The position numbers and the translations under genes were made by a program. Below the pieces are notes generated by a model. It was not told the DNA's origin. It ran no database searches and was given only the letters and a program-made list of their open reading frames with translations. A DNA stretch of 41,990 bases from a virus (lineage: Duplodnaviria > Caudoviricetes): positions 1 to 41,990 of the IMG/VR virus record IMGVR_UViG_3300033153_007479. One strand, given 5' to 3'. Below, piece after piece: positions 17,228-28,200 of this stretch. Within the stretch, counting starts at the first letter, position 1. The number at the start of each line of letters is the position of its first letter.

Positions 17228-18565
17228 ATGGGTTCAGGCGCATTTGTAAACACCCCGGATTGGCAGAACGTAACGCCAAGCAGTTACGGTGTTTATTCAC
17301 TTATAGACTATGCAAAGAGCATGGCTGATACGTTTTTGGCTGAGCTGTCTACCAGCCTTGAAGATCTACAGGGGCTTGTCGGGACTTACAACCCGGACAA
17401 AATCGACATTGACACCGATGTGCCGCAGGCTACCGGCCCCACCTTTCCCACACCGCCGCAATTCGCAGACTTGGTACTTGATGATTCATGGCCTGCAAAT
17501 TGGCCGTTTCCTCCTATTCTTACGGACTACGGAAATCTTGATTTTGAATTTATCGCTCCACTGCCACCCGCTGAGATTGACGGGAATTTCGGGTATATCC
17601 CCAGTGAGTATACCTCTGAAATGTGGGACGCTTTGTTTACCAAGGTTTATAACTGGATCGTAGAAGGCGGGACAGGACTTACCCCCGCCGTTCATTCTTC
17701 CATTGTTCAGCGTGAGCAGGAAGCAAGGCGGATAAATGAAGACCGGGAATGGAATAACGCTATTAATGCAGTTGGTGAAAATGGTTTAAATCTCCCCAGC
17801 GGACAAGCAGGGGCGATTCTTTCAGAGTTCCAGCGGGAGAAAGGAAAGCGTGACGCGACCGCATTGCTTGAGATCATGATCAAAGACTTTGACCTTGCAA
17901 CCGAAAACACCCGCTTTGCTATCACATCAGGACTTACCATGGAAGGTATGCTCCGGCAGGCGTTCGAGAACTTGGAAAACAGGGGGTTTGAGATTGCTAA
18001 GGCGGCAAAAGATTTTCTGATCCGGGTATATGAAGCAAACGTAAAGATGTACCTTGCCAAGTGGGAAGGGATTAAGCTGGCGATGGAAGCATTAACAGCG
18101 AAGATTCACGCAATTACCGAACTGAACACAGGCAAGATAGAGATTTACAGCAAACAAGTAGACGCAACCGCAAAACAGATCGACGGGATAACTCAGAAGA
18201 ATGCGGCTTTGATTGCAGACCGGCAGGGTAGGTGGTCAATTTATGGAACAGAGGTTGGCGCAATTGCTACTCAGTGGGAAATTGCCATTAAGAACGCCGG
18301 TCTTGATCTTGAGGGGATAAGATTACAGGTTCAGATTTTGCTTGAAGAGGCTGGCCTTGACCAAAAAGCATACGATGCAGCGGCCAGCCTTGCCGAGCGT
18401 GTTTCTTCTGCAATTGCTCAGTTTCAGGCGCAGGTTGCGGCCAGTGCAATCGGAATGATGCACACCAGCGTAAGCAGTGGCTGGAGTGCTGGGGAAAGCA
18501 TTTCTGAAACCATATCTCATGGTGAAAGCCTTGGGGAGTCGCATGGATACAGTCATGATTCTTGA
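17228..18565 (+). CDS. Coiled-coil virion or ejection protein
   Basis: Pro-rich N-terminus then long Ala-rich helical region; position. Confidence 0.55.
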   Translation: MGSGAFVNTPDWQNVTPSSYGVYSLIDYAKSMADTFLAELSTSLEDLQGLVGTYNPDKIDIDTDVPQATGPTFPTPPQFADLVLDDSWPANWPFPPILTDYGNLDFEFIAPLPPAEIDGNFGYIPSEYTSEMWDALFTKVYNWIVEGGTGLTPAVHSSIVQREQEARRINEDREWNNAINAVGENGLNLPSGQAGAILSEFQREKGKRDATALLEIMIKDFDLATENTRFAITSGLTMEGMLRQAFENLENRGFEIAKAAKDFLIRVYEANVKMYLAKWEGIKLAMEALTAKIHAITELNTGKIEIYSKQVDATAKQIDGITQKNAALIADRQGRWSIYGTEVGAIATQWEIAIKNAGLDLEGIRLQVQILLEEAGLDQKAYDAAASLAERVSSAIAQFQAQVAASAIGMMHTSVSSGWSAGESISETISHGESLGESHGYSHDS

Positions 18566-18687
18566 CGGGAAGCATCAAAAGAGGTAATATTATGAACAAG
18601 CTGGACGTGCAACCACAGATCTAAACTGGTTAAAGCAATAAAAAAAGCATGGCCTGAATTTAAAACTCATAGTTACAAGGATTAGCC

Positions 18688-19341
18688 TTGAGTTACTTTC
18701 CACCAATACCAGCAAGATTCTATTGCTCCGGTAACCGTGACGAAGCGGTAAAGCTGATACCGGAAGCCAGGAAGATACTTGGTGACGTTCACCGAGATAT
18801 GGTTTTTTCCAAATTCCCGGTTGGTCGGAAGGTTCGGCAGCATAATAACGGAGCCAAAATCCAGGTTGATATCAAGTACGGTCTTTCAACTGCCCTGATC
18901 TATGTACCAGGAGAAGGAAAGCAAAAAACAAAAGAAGAGATAGAGCATTGTTGGTGCTTTCCCTGCTTATCTTTTTGTGTAATTAGAAAAGTATACCTCA
19001 ACGGGATTGTTCAAGATGATACGGCTATTGAATCTGAAACCAAGTCAGCGCTTGAGTCAGGGTATAGGTACTACTATAATGTATCTGTGTGTAATGCTGG
19101 AACATTGATCTTGCTGGAAGGGTTCAACGTCAAGTCCGCAGGGTTTGGAATGCACCCGGTAGGTCAGTATTGTTTGCTTACTATTGATGTTGGTTTTGTG
19201 CCACCACATACGATACAGCCACTGCCTAACTGCTGTATTAATTCTGCCTGTCTTGTTTCAGATATTGACAATACCGACAAGCTGTTAAAAATGTTCCTGT
19301 CTGTAGTCCCAATCCATATCAATGAAGGAATGACAGAATGA
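18688..19341 (+). CDS. Cys-rich tail-associated hypothetical protein
   Basis: 217-aa ORF, TTG start after AAGGA. Confidence 0.6.
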   Translation: MSYFPPIPARFYCSGNRDEAVKLIPEARKILGDVHRDMVFSKFPVGRKVRQHNNGAKIQVDIKYGLSTALIYVPGEGKQKTKEEIEHCWCFPCLSFCVIRKVYLNGIVQDDTAIESETKSALESGYRYYYNVSVCNAGTLILLEGFNVKSAGFGMHPVGQYCLLTIDVGFVPPHTIQPLPNCCINSACLVSDIDNTDKLLKMFLSVVPIHINEGMTE

Positions 19342-20816
19342 CTACTCCTGTCAAACCAACATTTCCTTTTCTTGCAAGCGTTGGTCTGTCTGTCTCGGAT
19401 CTGCAAATCTGCTGTATCAAAGAGGTAGAAATAATTGCAATTACAGAAAGTGAAATTGTAACCGTTGAATATCTCGGTAACGAATACGATGATATCCCGA
19501 TATGGATGCACACTGATTACGGCACCAGGCGGAGAGTGCTCCAAGATGCCGAAGCAAGTGCCCCTGATTATTTTGAAAGGGCAGCGTTACAATTCTGCTT
19601 GCCTGGTGGTCTTTATTTTCAGGAGTATCCAGGCTTGACCGTTCGCACATCGGAAAACCCAACAGCTATAGCGATAGTAAGAAATACCGGTACAGTCGAG
19701 ACAGTATTAGGGATAATAGGTATTTCTCAGCACGGCAAGCAGCCGCTAAGCGGTGACAATCAATATCACGTAAATAACGCTAAGGGCTGGCCGTCATATT
19801 TGCCTTGCACCATGATTACTGAAACATTGACCACCGTCTTTGGCACTACTGACCGAATTGTTTTGTGGGACATGTTAAATAACAAGATTGCCAATGCGCC
19901 TAATGCTCTTTTTACAGCTTTACTTGATGCCGATTATGCCACAGTTATCACTGATTATTACCATTTTCTTGATCAGGCGATCAAATTAAATGGATCAGAC
20001 ATTAGTTATAACGTTGCATATTATGGGATGGTTACATTTGGAGCCTATTGTATTGGGGGCTCCGCTGTTGATTATTGTATTACAGCGGATGGTGTCAACC
20101 ATGGCACTGATAATTGGGTTTTCACAGAGGGTGATTGTCACACTTACACGGACGATATCGAGGCGACTACGTGCATCCCTGATTCATATTATAGCTTTCA
20201 TAGAACTCCCAAAGTGTACCCGGAGATAGAGCCATACGAAAGAGAGCATGTATTACCTGCTGTTATTTTTCCAATTTGGAATGGTGACGAGGACCCATTT
20301 ATAGATAGAAGATATTACGCCTCTACCCATGACAATCCTAATGTTGTCGTGACTTACTCAACTGGCTATGTTTATGCCTTTTCTATAGGATTCACTTACT
20401 TTGATAATTATGACGCTTTAAATGGTTATCAAAAAAACACAACTGTAATTTTTAATTCATCAGTATCAGGTCAAAAAACTATCAGTTTTGAAGATCTTGA
20501 AATTTTACATATTCCTTATGATGGACGAACAGCTATAGTGATCCCCGAAAACTTAATGTGTTCTTATGACATTTACATGGAACAGATCATTACATGGATT
20601 GAAGGTGCCACGCCTTCAGAGCCAATGAAGTCAACATTTTTGATAGACTTGCAATTTCATGAAAATTCGTTTATACAAGAATCAGGGTTCCCTGCTTATG
20701 TTGAGACTATGCACGAGGCGTCCTTAGCAGGAGTTGACGAGGCTGATTTTGTTTCACTTGAGTATAATTTTGATCTGCTTTTTATACCGTACTGGCTTAA
20801 AGCATCTACACTATAG
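19338..20816 (+). CDS. Tail-associated hypothetical protein with aromatic-rich C-terminal half
   Basis: 492-aa ORF coupled to the previous gene by ATGA overlap. Confidence 0.65.
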   Translation: MTTPVKPTFPFLASVGLSVSDLQICCIKEVEIIAITESEIVTVEYLGNEYDDIPIWMHTDYGTRRRVLQDAEASAPDYFERAALQFCLPGGLYFQEYPGLTVRTSENPTAIAIVRNTGTVETVLGIIGISQHGKQPLSGDNQYHVNNAKGWPSYLPCTMITETLTTVFGTTDRIVLWDMLNNKIANAPNALFTALLDADYATVITDYYHFLDQAIKLNGSDISYNVAYYGMVTFGAYCIGGSAVDYCITADGVNHGTDNWVFTEGDCHTYTDDIEATTCIPDSYYSFHRTPKVYPEIEPYEREHVLPAVIFPIWNGDEDPFIDRRYYASTHDNPNVVVTYSTGYVYAFSIGFTYFDNYDALNGYQKNTTVIFNSSVSGQKTISFEDLEILHIPYDGRTAIVIPENLMCSYDIYMEQIITWIEGATPSEPMKSTFLIDLQFHENSFIQESGFPAYVETMHEASLAGVDEADFVSLEYNFDLLFIPYWLKASTL

Positions 20817-20827
20817 AGAGGTACACC

Positions 20828-21874
20828 ATGGCTACAAGCGTAAATAAAAGAAAAAATGATTTCAAAGTTGCTGATTACACCGCTCCTGGTCAACCGGGAC
20901 AGGCTGGAGGTATGCAGCAAATCCGCAGACCAGACGGCACAGTCGTAGGAATGCGACCTTCATCGGCTCAGAGTTCAGCACCAGGCCCGACTTTTTCAGC
21001 GGGTGGTTTTCGGGGGGCAGCCGGTCAAGAGATGATCCGTAGTCAAAGCGCAAAGTATGACCGTGAGCGCCGGGAAGCCGCAGATGTAAGCAAACTGCAA
21101 GGCCGGAAACAAGCTGGTGAACTTGCCCGTAGCTCCATGATTATGGCGAATCAGTCAGCCGACCGCAAAAGTCGAGAGCGCATGGCAGGTATACAATCAC
21201 GACTCGGGCAACAGAATATAGCACAAAGCCGGGCTTGGCAGGTAGAGGACAGAGATAAACTTGCCAAGGGGAAGCTGGCAGAGTTGCAGGCTAAAGGTAA
21301 AAGTAAAGGTCGGCCAGGCGCAATGAGTGAAAAAGAGATGTTCGAGGCACGGCAAGATTTGAGCATGCAGTATAACGCCAAGGAAAGTAAAAAACTAAGA
21401 AGCCGATTCAAGACAGAGGAAGATTACATCACCGATCAGTTGAGCTTCCTTCAGCCTCAAGTAACCGGTCAACCGGCACCGACAGTTCAGCCTCAGCAGA
21501 CCCCAGACCCAGGAGTGGGAACGTATCGTTTTGGCTCAGGTCAAACTATAGACGCTGTTACCGGTTTGGCCGTTGGACAGGGCGGGCAGCCGCAACGTGA
21601 CGCATCCTTCCCAGAGTCTGGACGCTCAATGTATTCCCCCCCTGTCTTACCATCCGCTCCGCAGCCGATCCAATTGCCGAAGTTTGGTGGTGGTCGTGAG
21701 GTTGCCCCAGATGTTGCAGCTACCAGAGGAGGGGCAACAAGATTTCAAGGGATAATGAATAAAATGAAGCAGCGGAGAGAATCACCTTCACCCTTTGGTC
21801 AGACTGAACAACAGCGAAAGAATGCTTTACGGCTGGGAAGTATTGGAGAGATGAGGGTTCCATCTTATTATTAA
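20828..21874 (+). CDS. Putative internal virion (ejection) protein
   Basis: Q/G/P/R-rich, largely disordered; GAGGT RBS; precedes the giant gene. Confidence 0.6.
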   Translation: MATSVNKRKNDFKVADYTAPGQPGQAGGMQQIRRPDGTVVGMRPSSAQSSAPGPTFSAGGFRGAAGQEMIRSQSAKYDRERREAADVSKLQGRKQAGELARSSMIMANQSADRKSRERMAGIQSRLGQQNIAQSRAWQVEDRDKLAKGKLAELQAKGKSKGRPGAMSEKEMFEARQDLSMQYNAKESKKLRSRFKTEEDYITDQLSFLQPQVTGQPAPTVQPQQTPDPGVGTYRFGSGQTIDAVTGLAVGQGGQPQRDASFPESGRSMYSPPVLPSAPQPIQLPKFGGGREVAPDVAATRGGATRFQGIMNKMKQRRESPSPFGQTEQQRKNALRLGSIGEMRVPSYY

Positions 21875-21878
21875 CCCT

Positions 21879-21908
21879 TTGACAACCATCGCCAAAATAA
21901 GCTATTAT
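21879..21908 (+). promoter_or_regulatory. Sigma70-like promoter
   Basis: TTGACA (21879) - 18 bp - TATTAT (21903). Confidence 0.6.
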
Positions 21909-21916
21909 ATCGTATA

Positions 21917-22007
21917 GGCTGTAGGAGGCTAAAGTTTAGAAATCCCCATATTTGACAATGCCCGGTAACGGGTGGCCTCCTACGCCGTCAAGTATGGGGT
22001 TTTTTTT
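21917..22007 (+). ncRNA. Structured leader: terminator-like hairpin whose loop pairs with upstream sequence
   Basis: GTAGGAGGC (21921-29) complements GCCTCCTAC (21975-83); stem CCCCATATTTGAC/GTCAAGTATGGGG followed by T8. Confidence 0.6.
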
Positions 22008-22268
22008 ATGGTAAATATAATTATGAAGCCTGAAGAGATTAAAAAAAATGCTTGGGAAAACAGCCCTGTATCAATATTCTTGCCACCTAAAACACTATAT
22101 CTATCAAAAAGGCTTTCATCGTTTCTGATAAGGGGCAGGATATTGGGCGTAATTTTTGGAACAAAAACTCATTATAATGCAGATAGTATTAATATTGAAA
22201 TAATATGGCGCAGAGATGTAATCAATATAAGCCTATACAACCAGGACACTGAAAATGGAATGGGATAG
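22008..22268 (+). CDS. AT-rich hypothetical protein (moron-like)
   Basis: ATG directly after the T-tract; 86 aa; overlaps the start of the giant gene. Confidence 0.4.
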   Translation: MVNIIMKPEEIKKNAWENSPVSIFLPPKTLYLSKRLSSFLIRGRILGVIFGTKTHYNADSINIEIIWRRDVINISLYNQDTENGMG

Positions 22269-25200
22269 AGAAAAAGCAGCAAAAGCATATATGAACACCG
22301 GGAACCAAGGCGCACCACAAGACGTAACCGCAATCCGTCCGAAGGATACCCGTAGCACGGCAACCGGCGAAGTTAAAAAATATGACAGTTCCCGTGATCC
22401 GGTTAGCGGTGGGCGCCTACAATACGTTGACACCACACAAGGCTCAACCCAGCAGATGGTTACCGGTATCCAAAACTTTAGGCTGAACGAACCTAAGCCT
22501 GTTGTTCCTGTCACTGAAACGGAGATTACGCCACAGCAGCCAGCACCCCATGCCGCACGTGGTTTGTTTGGTGATGTTTGGTCAGGGTTTGCCCGTGGTG
22601 TTGCGAAAGCAGTGGAGAGGGGCGGCCGTGGCCTACAGGTTGCCGACCTTGACTATGCAGACGATGAAGGCTTCTTTGATGTAACTGGAAAGAAGATACA
22701 GCAGTTTGGTGAAAAACTCGGCAAAGCTGAATCTATCCAAGCCGACGAAGCGCAACAAACCGGAACAGAAGGCTTGGCCAAACGTACAGCTATCACCGCC
22801 GCAGAAAGCACGCCTGGTTCACTTCTGCCTATCGCAGGAGCCGGAGCCGGAGCCATAGCGGGAGGAAAAGCAGGAGCAGTCATAGGTTCTATTGTTGCTC
22901 CTGGTGTCGGCACAGCGATAGGTGGCGGCATTGGTGGAGTTGTTGGTGGGGCTCTTGGGTTACTTGCTCCCCTTCTTCTTACATTTGGCGGCGGGACATA
23001 TCAGGAAAGCAGGGAACGAGCAGCGGAACACCTTCACAAGACACAGCCCAACCTGACCGCAGACCAGGTAGACGAGCAATCACACGAATACGGCATGAAA
23101 CACGCTGAATATGAGGTGTTGACCGAAGCCCTTGGCGATGTTGTCGCAATGGCTACTTTTGGCAGCGGTAAACTTCTTTTCAATCTTGGAAAAGCAGGAG
23201 TAAAGCAGACAGTAAAGTCAACGCTTGCACTCGGCCCGAAAGAGTTTGCCAAAAAATTCGCAAAAGCCTATGTAACCGATATGCCATTTGAAGCTGGGTC
23301 GGAGATGGTCGCATATTACGGGCAATCCAAAGCTGATGTAGATATAGGACTTGGCGAAGGAGCGACCATGGAAGGCTATCTTGAGGCAGCAGCAACAGCC
23401 GCTTGGATGTCCGGCGGGATGGGGCTTGGCATTCAAGGTTACTCAACCGTCAAGGCAAATAGGCTGGCCAATCAGTTAAACGACACCAATAATCAAAAAG
23501 GCAGACAGGATGCAGCGAATGAAATAGCAAGCGGCATCCAAGACGAAAAAGTACAAAGACAGTGGCACGAAGAAGCAAGCAAGGCCATTGCTCAAGGTGA
23601 TGTAATTGACCTCTCAGAAGAACTTGTAACATTTGCAGCCCAAGAACGAGAAGCAGAACAACAACCGGTTGACGAACAAGGCCGTGGCATCCCTGATGGC
23701 GGCGAGACTTGGTACAGCAGTGACGACCTTGCAGCGGTTACGGCAATGCCGGATACCTTCCAGATGGACGAACGAGAGGCCAGAGAATACACACGCCTTG
23801 CCAACGTTCTACCAGCCGACCGCACACCAGAAGAGCAATCGTGGTTCAATCAGGTTCAGCAGCGACAAGGCGAAAAACTCCCCGAAGGCTTGATGGAGAC
23901 TTACCAGCCGGAAGTCCCAATATCACCAAAGCAACAGCGCAAGCAAGCCCTGGACAAAGTAAGCTCTTTCATGGCCGGGGTAGAAGCAAAACCGGAAATG
24001 GAAAAGATCCCCTACGGTACCACGCCGGAAGTTGATTATATTTCTGACGAAAATGCGAAAAAGTTTAACCAGCAAAGGAACGAGCAACGAGCGGAAGCGC
24101 AGCGAGCAGAAGAGCAAAAAGAATATGAATCATTAGAGCAGCAGGCAGTTGATGAAGAGATCCCCGCCGAGATAATGAAGGGTATCAAGCAGCAAGCCGA
24201 AGCCGACCACCGGGAATCAAATCCGGTTGTTGCCAAGATGACAGAGGCTATCAAGGGCGAAGGTGGTGGTATAAATTCAGCCCTTGCCCGTGAAATATTC
24301 GGTGTTGATACTATTAATCCCCTCATCAAGCAACGCCCTGGTCTGTTTACCACAACAGGCCGCGCTCCTGATGATATGGCGAAGTCCCTCGGCTATGCTG
24401 ACGCACGGGACATGATAGCAGATTTCCAAGCAGCTCCCACTCTCCAACAGGAAAAGAACCGGATAGTCAAGGAGGGCATGGAGCAGCACTATATAGCGAC
24501 CCAGCAGGAGCGAGAATATACCGCCAGTCAGGTAAAGCAAGCAGCAGCACGAAAACAGATTGAGTCCGACCAGCAGGCGGTTGACGAGGTTGCAGATTTT
24601 GACATCGAAGAGCTACAACACTACAAAGCGAGCATAGAGGCAAACCCAGGCAATTATCAAAACGAAAAACAAGTACTTGATGCAATCAGCAAGCGGATAC
24701 CAGAGTTGAGGCGGCAAGCGAGAAAAGAAAAGGCAGACAGAAGAAAAGTCAAGAAAGGAATTGTCAAAAGAAAGGCCAGATTGAAAAAATTGTCTGGAAT
24801 GTTGCGTCGAGCAAAACGGGTACAAACACGAGCAGCGATCCGGGCTGAAAGAGAAAAGAGTAACCAAGCAGTGCAGGAGAAGGCACATCAAGCCAAGGCC
24901 GCAGCAGAGCAGGCAGCCGAGAACCTTGAGCAAGAGCAGGCAGCCGTTGATAAATTTGATAAAGAGATAAAACAAGGTGAGCAGGCGCAAAAAGAAAGTC
25001 CCATACTCAAGATTGAAGGCGCACAGGGTAACGGATACCTTCGAGAATCAGGTGTAAAAGTAGCGCTTAAAGGCAAAGGGCTATCTGAAAAAGATTATAA
25101 TATTGAAAAAAATGAAGCAGGGCGGTTTATCGGAGTTCATAAAAGCGTTGCCGAGAAACAGGCACCAATTGAAGAAGCGCCTAAACCCAATGATGAAGAC

Positions 25201-28200
25201 GCAATCCCGCAACCAAAAACATGGTTTTCCTTGGGAAGATTGGTTGCAGATGCAATACCAAGCGTAAGCACACTCAAGCCGTCCGCTGCTGAGTTAAAGA
25301 TAGCAGCAAATAATCTTGGAATATCAGTGGCAGCAGCAAGAAAAGCGTTAGACTTCTCTAATTTTGGCAACCCAGGAGAAGACAAAGGGTTTGGTATATT
25401 TCCAACAGTTACCGGCAAGCACTCAGTTATTTACCCACAAGCACTTAAGCCCACGGCGGACGCTGAAAGAGGCGCACCAGCCGCCGTGTCACCACACAAA
25501 GAGCCTTCTATTGATATAGGGAAATCATTTTATCACACAACCGATTACTCAGAATTTGACACAGAGGTGTCACAGTTAGGTGTTCATTTTGGATCGAAGG
25601 AACAGGCAAGTTCACTGAGAGCAGATAGCGACAAAACTGGTTACCAGTACATAGTTGAGGTGAACCTCGACTTGAAAAACCCGCTCAGGATGGTTGATAA
25701 AGGTCACTGGGATGCCGTTCAGCTCCTTGATGCTTTAGGTGTTTCAGAAGCAGTGAAAAAAGAGGTAACCCACGACAAAAACGGTAAGTCACGTAGCACC
25801 AAGGAAAAGATGAGCAGGGCCAAGGATATTGCCAAGGCTCGCGGTTATGATGGGATTGTGTACCTGAATCGGTCTGAACTTGCTAAGGCAAAATCGGGCG
25901 TTGAAGGTCACATGAAATCAGATATAACTGATGCTGAGTTTATAGAGATGACCACCGGGGCTGAGGATTCTTACATTGCCTTTGATTCAGGGCAAATAAA
26001 AGAGGTTGGCCGGGTTGATTTACGGAAGAGACCATCTGCACCTCCGAAGAAGCCGCCGACTGACACTGACCAGGCCGCCGCTGCCGAAGAACCAAGCAAA
26101 AAGCCAAAGAAGGGTACTGTTAGCAAGGCCGCAGATATAAGAAAGGAACAACCAGACGTTAAAGAAGTGAGACGTAATCTCGACCCGTATGGAAGCGGGA
26201 AGAAATTTCAAGAGATCCGAAAAAACGTAGAGACGCACACAACACTGACCAGTCAAAAAGATACCGACAATCTGCCGGGTAGCACTGAATCGCTTATGGC
26301 TCATGCCGCAGAGGTTCAGCAGGAATTCAAAGACACGGAGGCATCAGTTGTAGAGAATAAAAACCAGCTTGCCGAACTTTTTGATCGTGACGAGCAGAAA
26401 CGCAAGGTCGTTAAAGTAACTATTAATGGACAAGAGTATAAAATAAAACGTCCCAAACGTGGTAACAGAACCATCACCACAGAAGAGGGAAAAACCGAAT
26501 TAGAGAAACTTGAAAATGAGTTTGAAGCAAGAGGCTTGTATTCTTGGAGTCCAAGCCAAGGTGTTGTTTTAAATATCCAGGCGGTTAGAGCTGGCAAAGC
26601 GGATGTTCTAAAGTTCGGGGCAAAAACTCTTGAAGGAGCAGCAGAAGAACATGTCAACCTGATGATTGATTTTGCCAAAGTAAGCATCAGGCGTGAAGTA
26701 GCTAGGGAGAAAATAAAAGATGACATATTGCCACTGTTGAAAGATAACGGTAGGGATATGTCTTGGAGAGATACCGGGAAAGGTGCCATTTTCTCTGTAT
26801 CTCGTGGCAGGGCGAAAAAAGAGTTCTCAGGGGCAACGGAAGAGGAACAAAAGTCAATTGCTGATGAGCTTAAAGTACTACGCAAAGAAACAGTCAAGGG
26901 CAAAACATTTAAAAAGAAAGTTGGCCGGGTATCCGCAGGAGTATCTGTAACCAAAGCACTCGCAGAGAGCGCACGGGACAGTGAAACTGCGGCGGCCATT
27001 CAGGAGATTGAAGACCTTGCAGGCGAGGGAATCAAATTTAGCGAACAGGCAACAGCCAACCAGCTACCAGCCAACCAACAAGCAAACGTAAGCCAAGAAC
27101 TCGAATCCACCAAACTCGGTAAACGCGGGGTGCAGAACCTTGTCCGTAAAGGATTGCTTAAAATTGTGGACGCTGCGACGGCTGATTCTATTATCGCTGA
27201 TTTTAAAGCTGGCCGGGTTCGGTTACAAAAGGCTTGGCACGGTACACCGCATGATGTTGACAAGTTCCGTATGGATAAAATCGGCACGGGTGAAGGTGCG
27301 CAGGCGTTCGGGCATGGTCTTTATTTTACTGATGAGCGTAGTATTGCTGAATATTATCAGAAAGTATTAAGCGGAGACTCTATCACTATTGATGGCAAGC
27401 CACTGACCCAAAAACTACTTGGATCTTATGGTGATAGCGAGGGTGGTTTTATTTGGGGATGGATTGAAAGGAATGGACACTATTTAGACGACTCAGCCGG
27501 AAAGTTTTCCACAATATTAGATAACGATGTTTACGACGCACAAGAAGACTTCAAAGAAGCAGAAGCAGATGGAGATTATTCCCCTGCCACTCTTCAAAAT
27601 ATAAAAAATAGACGTGATTCTTTGTTGACGTTGCAGGAGTCACTTGATTATCAAAAGAATACCGGCAACCTATACCAAGTAGACTTAGCACCAAAGCAGG
27701 ATGAATATTTACTCTGGGACAAGCCGCTTTCTGAGCAGAGTGACCTTGTGCAGGAAGCGTTGAGCGTGGAAGTTGACAAGCGTGTCCCTGCTGGAATTCA
27801 AGAAAAAATAAAAAGATTCAAAGGCCAGTACCATACCGAAAAAGACAAGCCGCTTTATTGGACAGGCGAGCAATGGTATTATGGAATATCTAATGATTTT
27901 GATAGCAACCAGCAACAACAAGCCAGTGAACACCTTTTATCACTTGGCATAAAAGGCATAAAATATCCAGCAGGCACACTGTCAGGCGTAGACTCCGACA
28001 AATCAAACTATGTAATATTCGATGAATCAGACGTTAAGATAGAAATCCGCTACGCAAAAGACGGATCAGGAATAATTGAAGGCTTTCTCCTGCCGAATTC
28101 CAATACCGTCCACATGGTTCAGGGCAATATCAAGAAAGGAGAGAGTTATTCAACTCTACTGCATGAGACAGGCCACCAATTCCTGCCAAAAACCTTCACC

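Noticed and set aside
18592-18624. 10-codon ORF after a GAGGT RBS
   Set aside because: Too short to support; could be chance or a remnant
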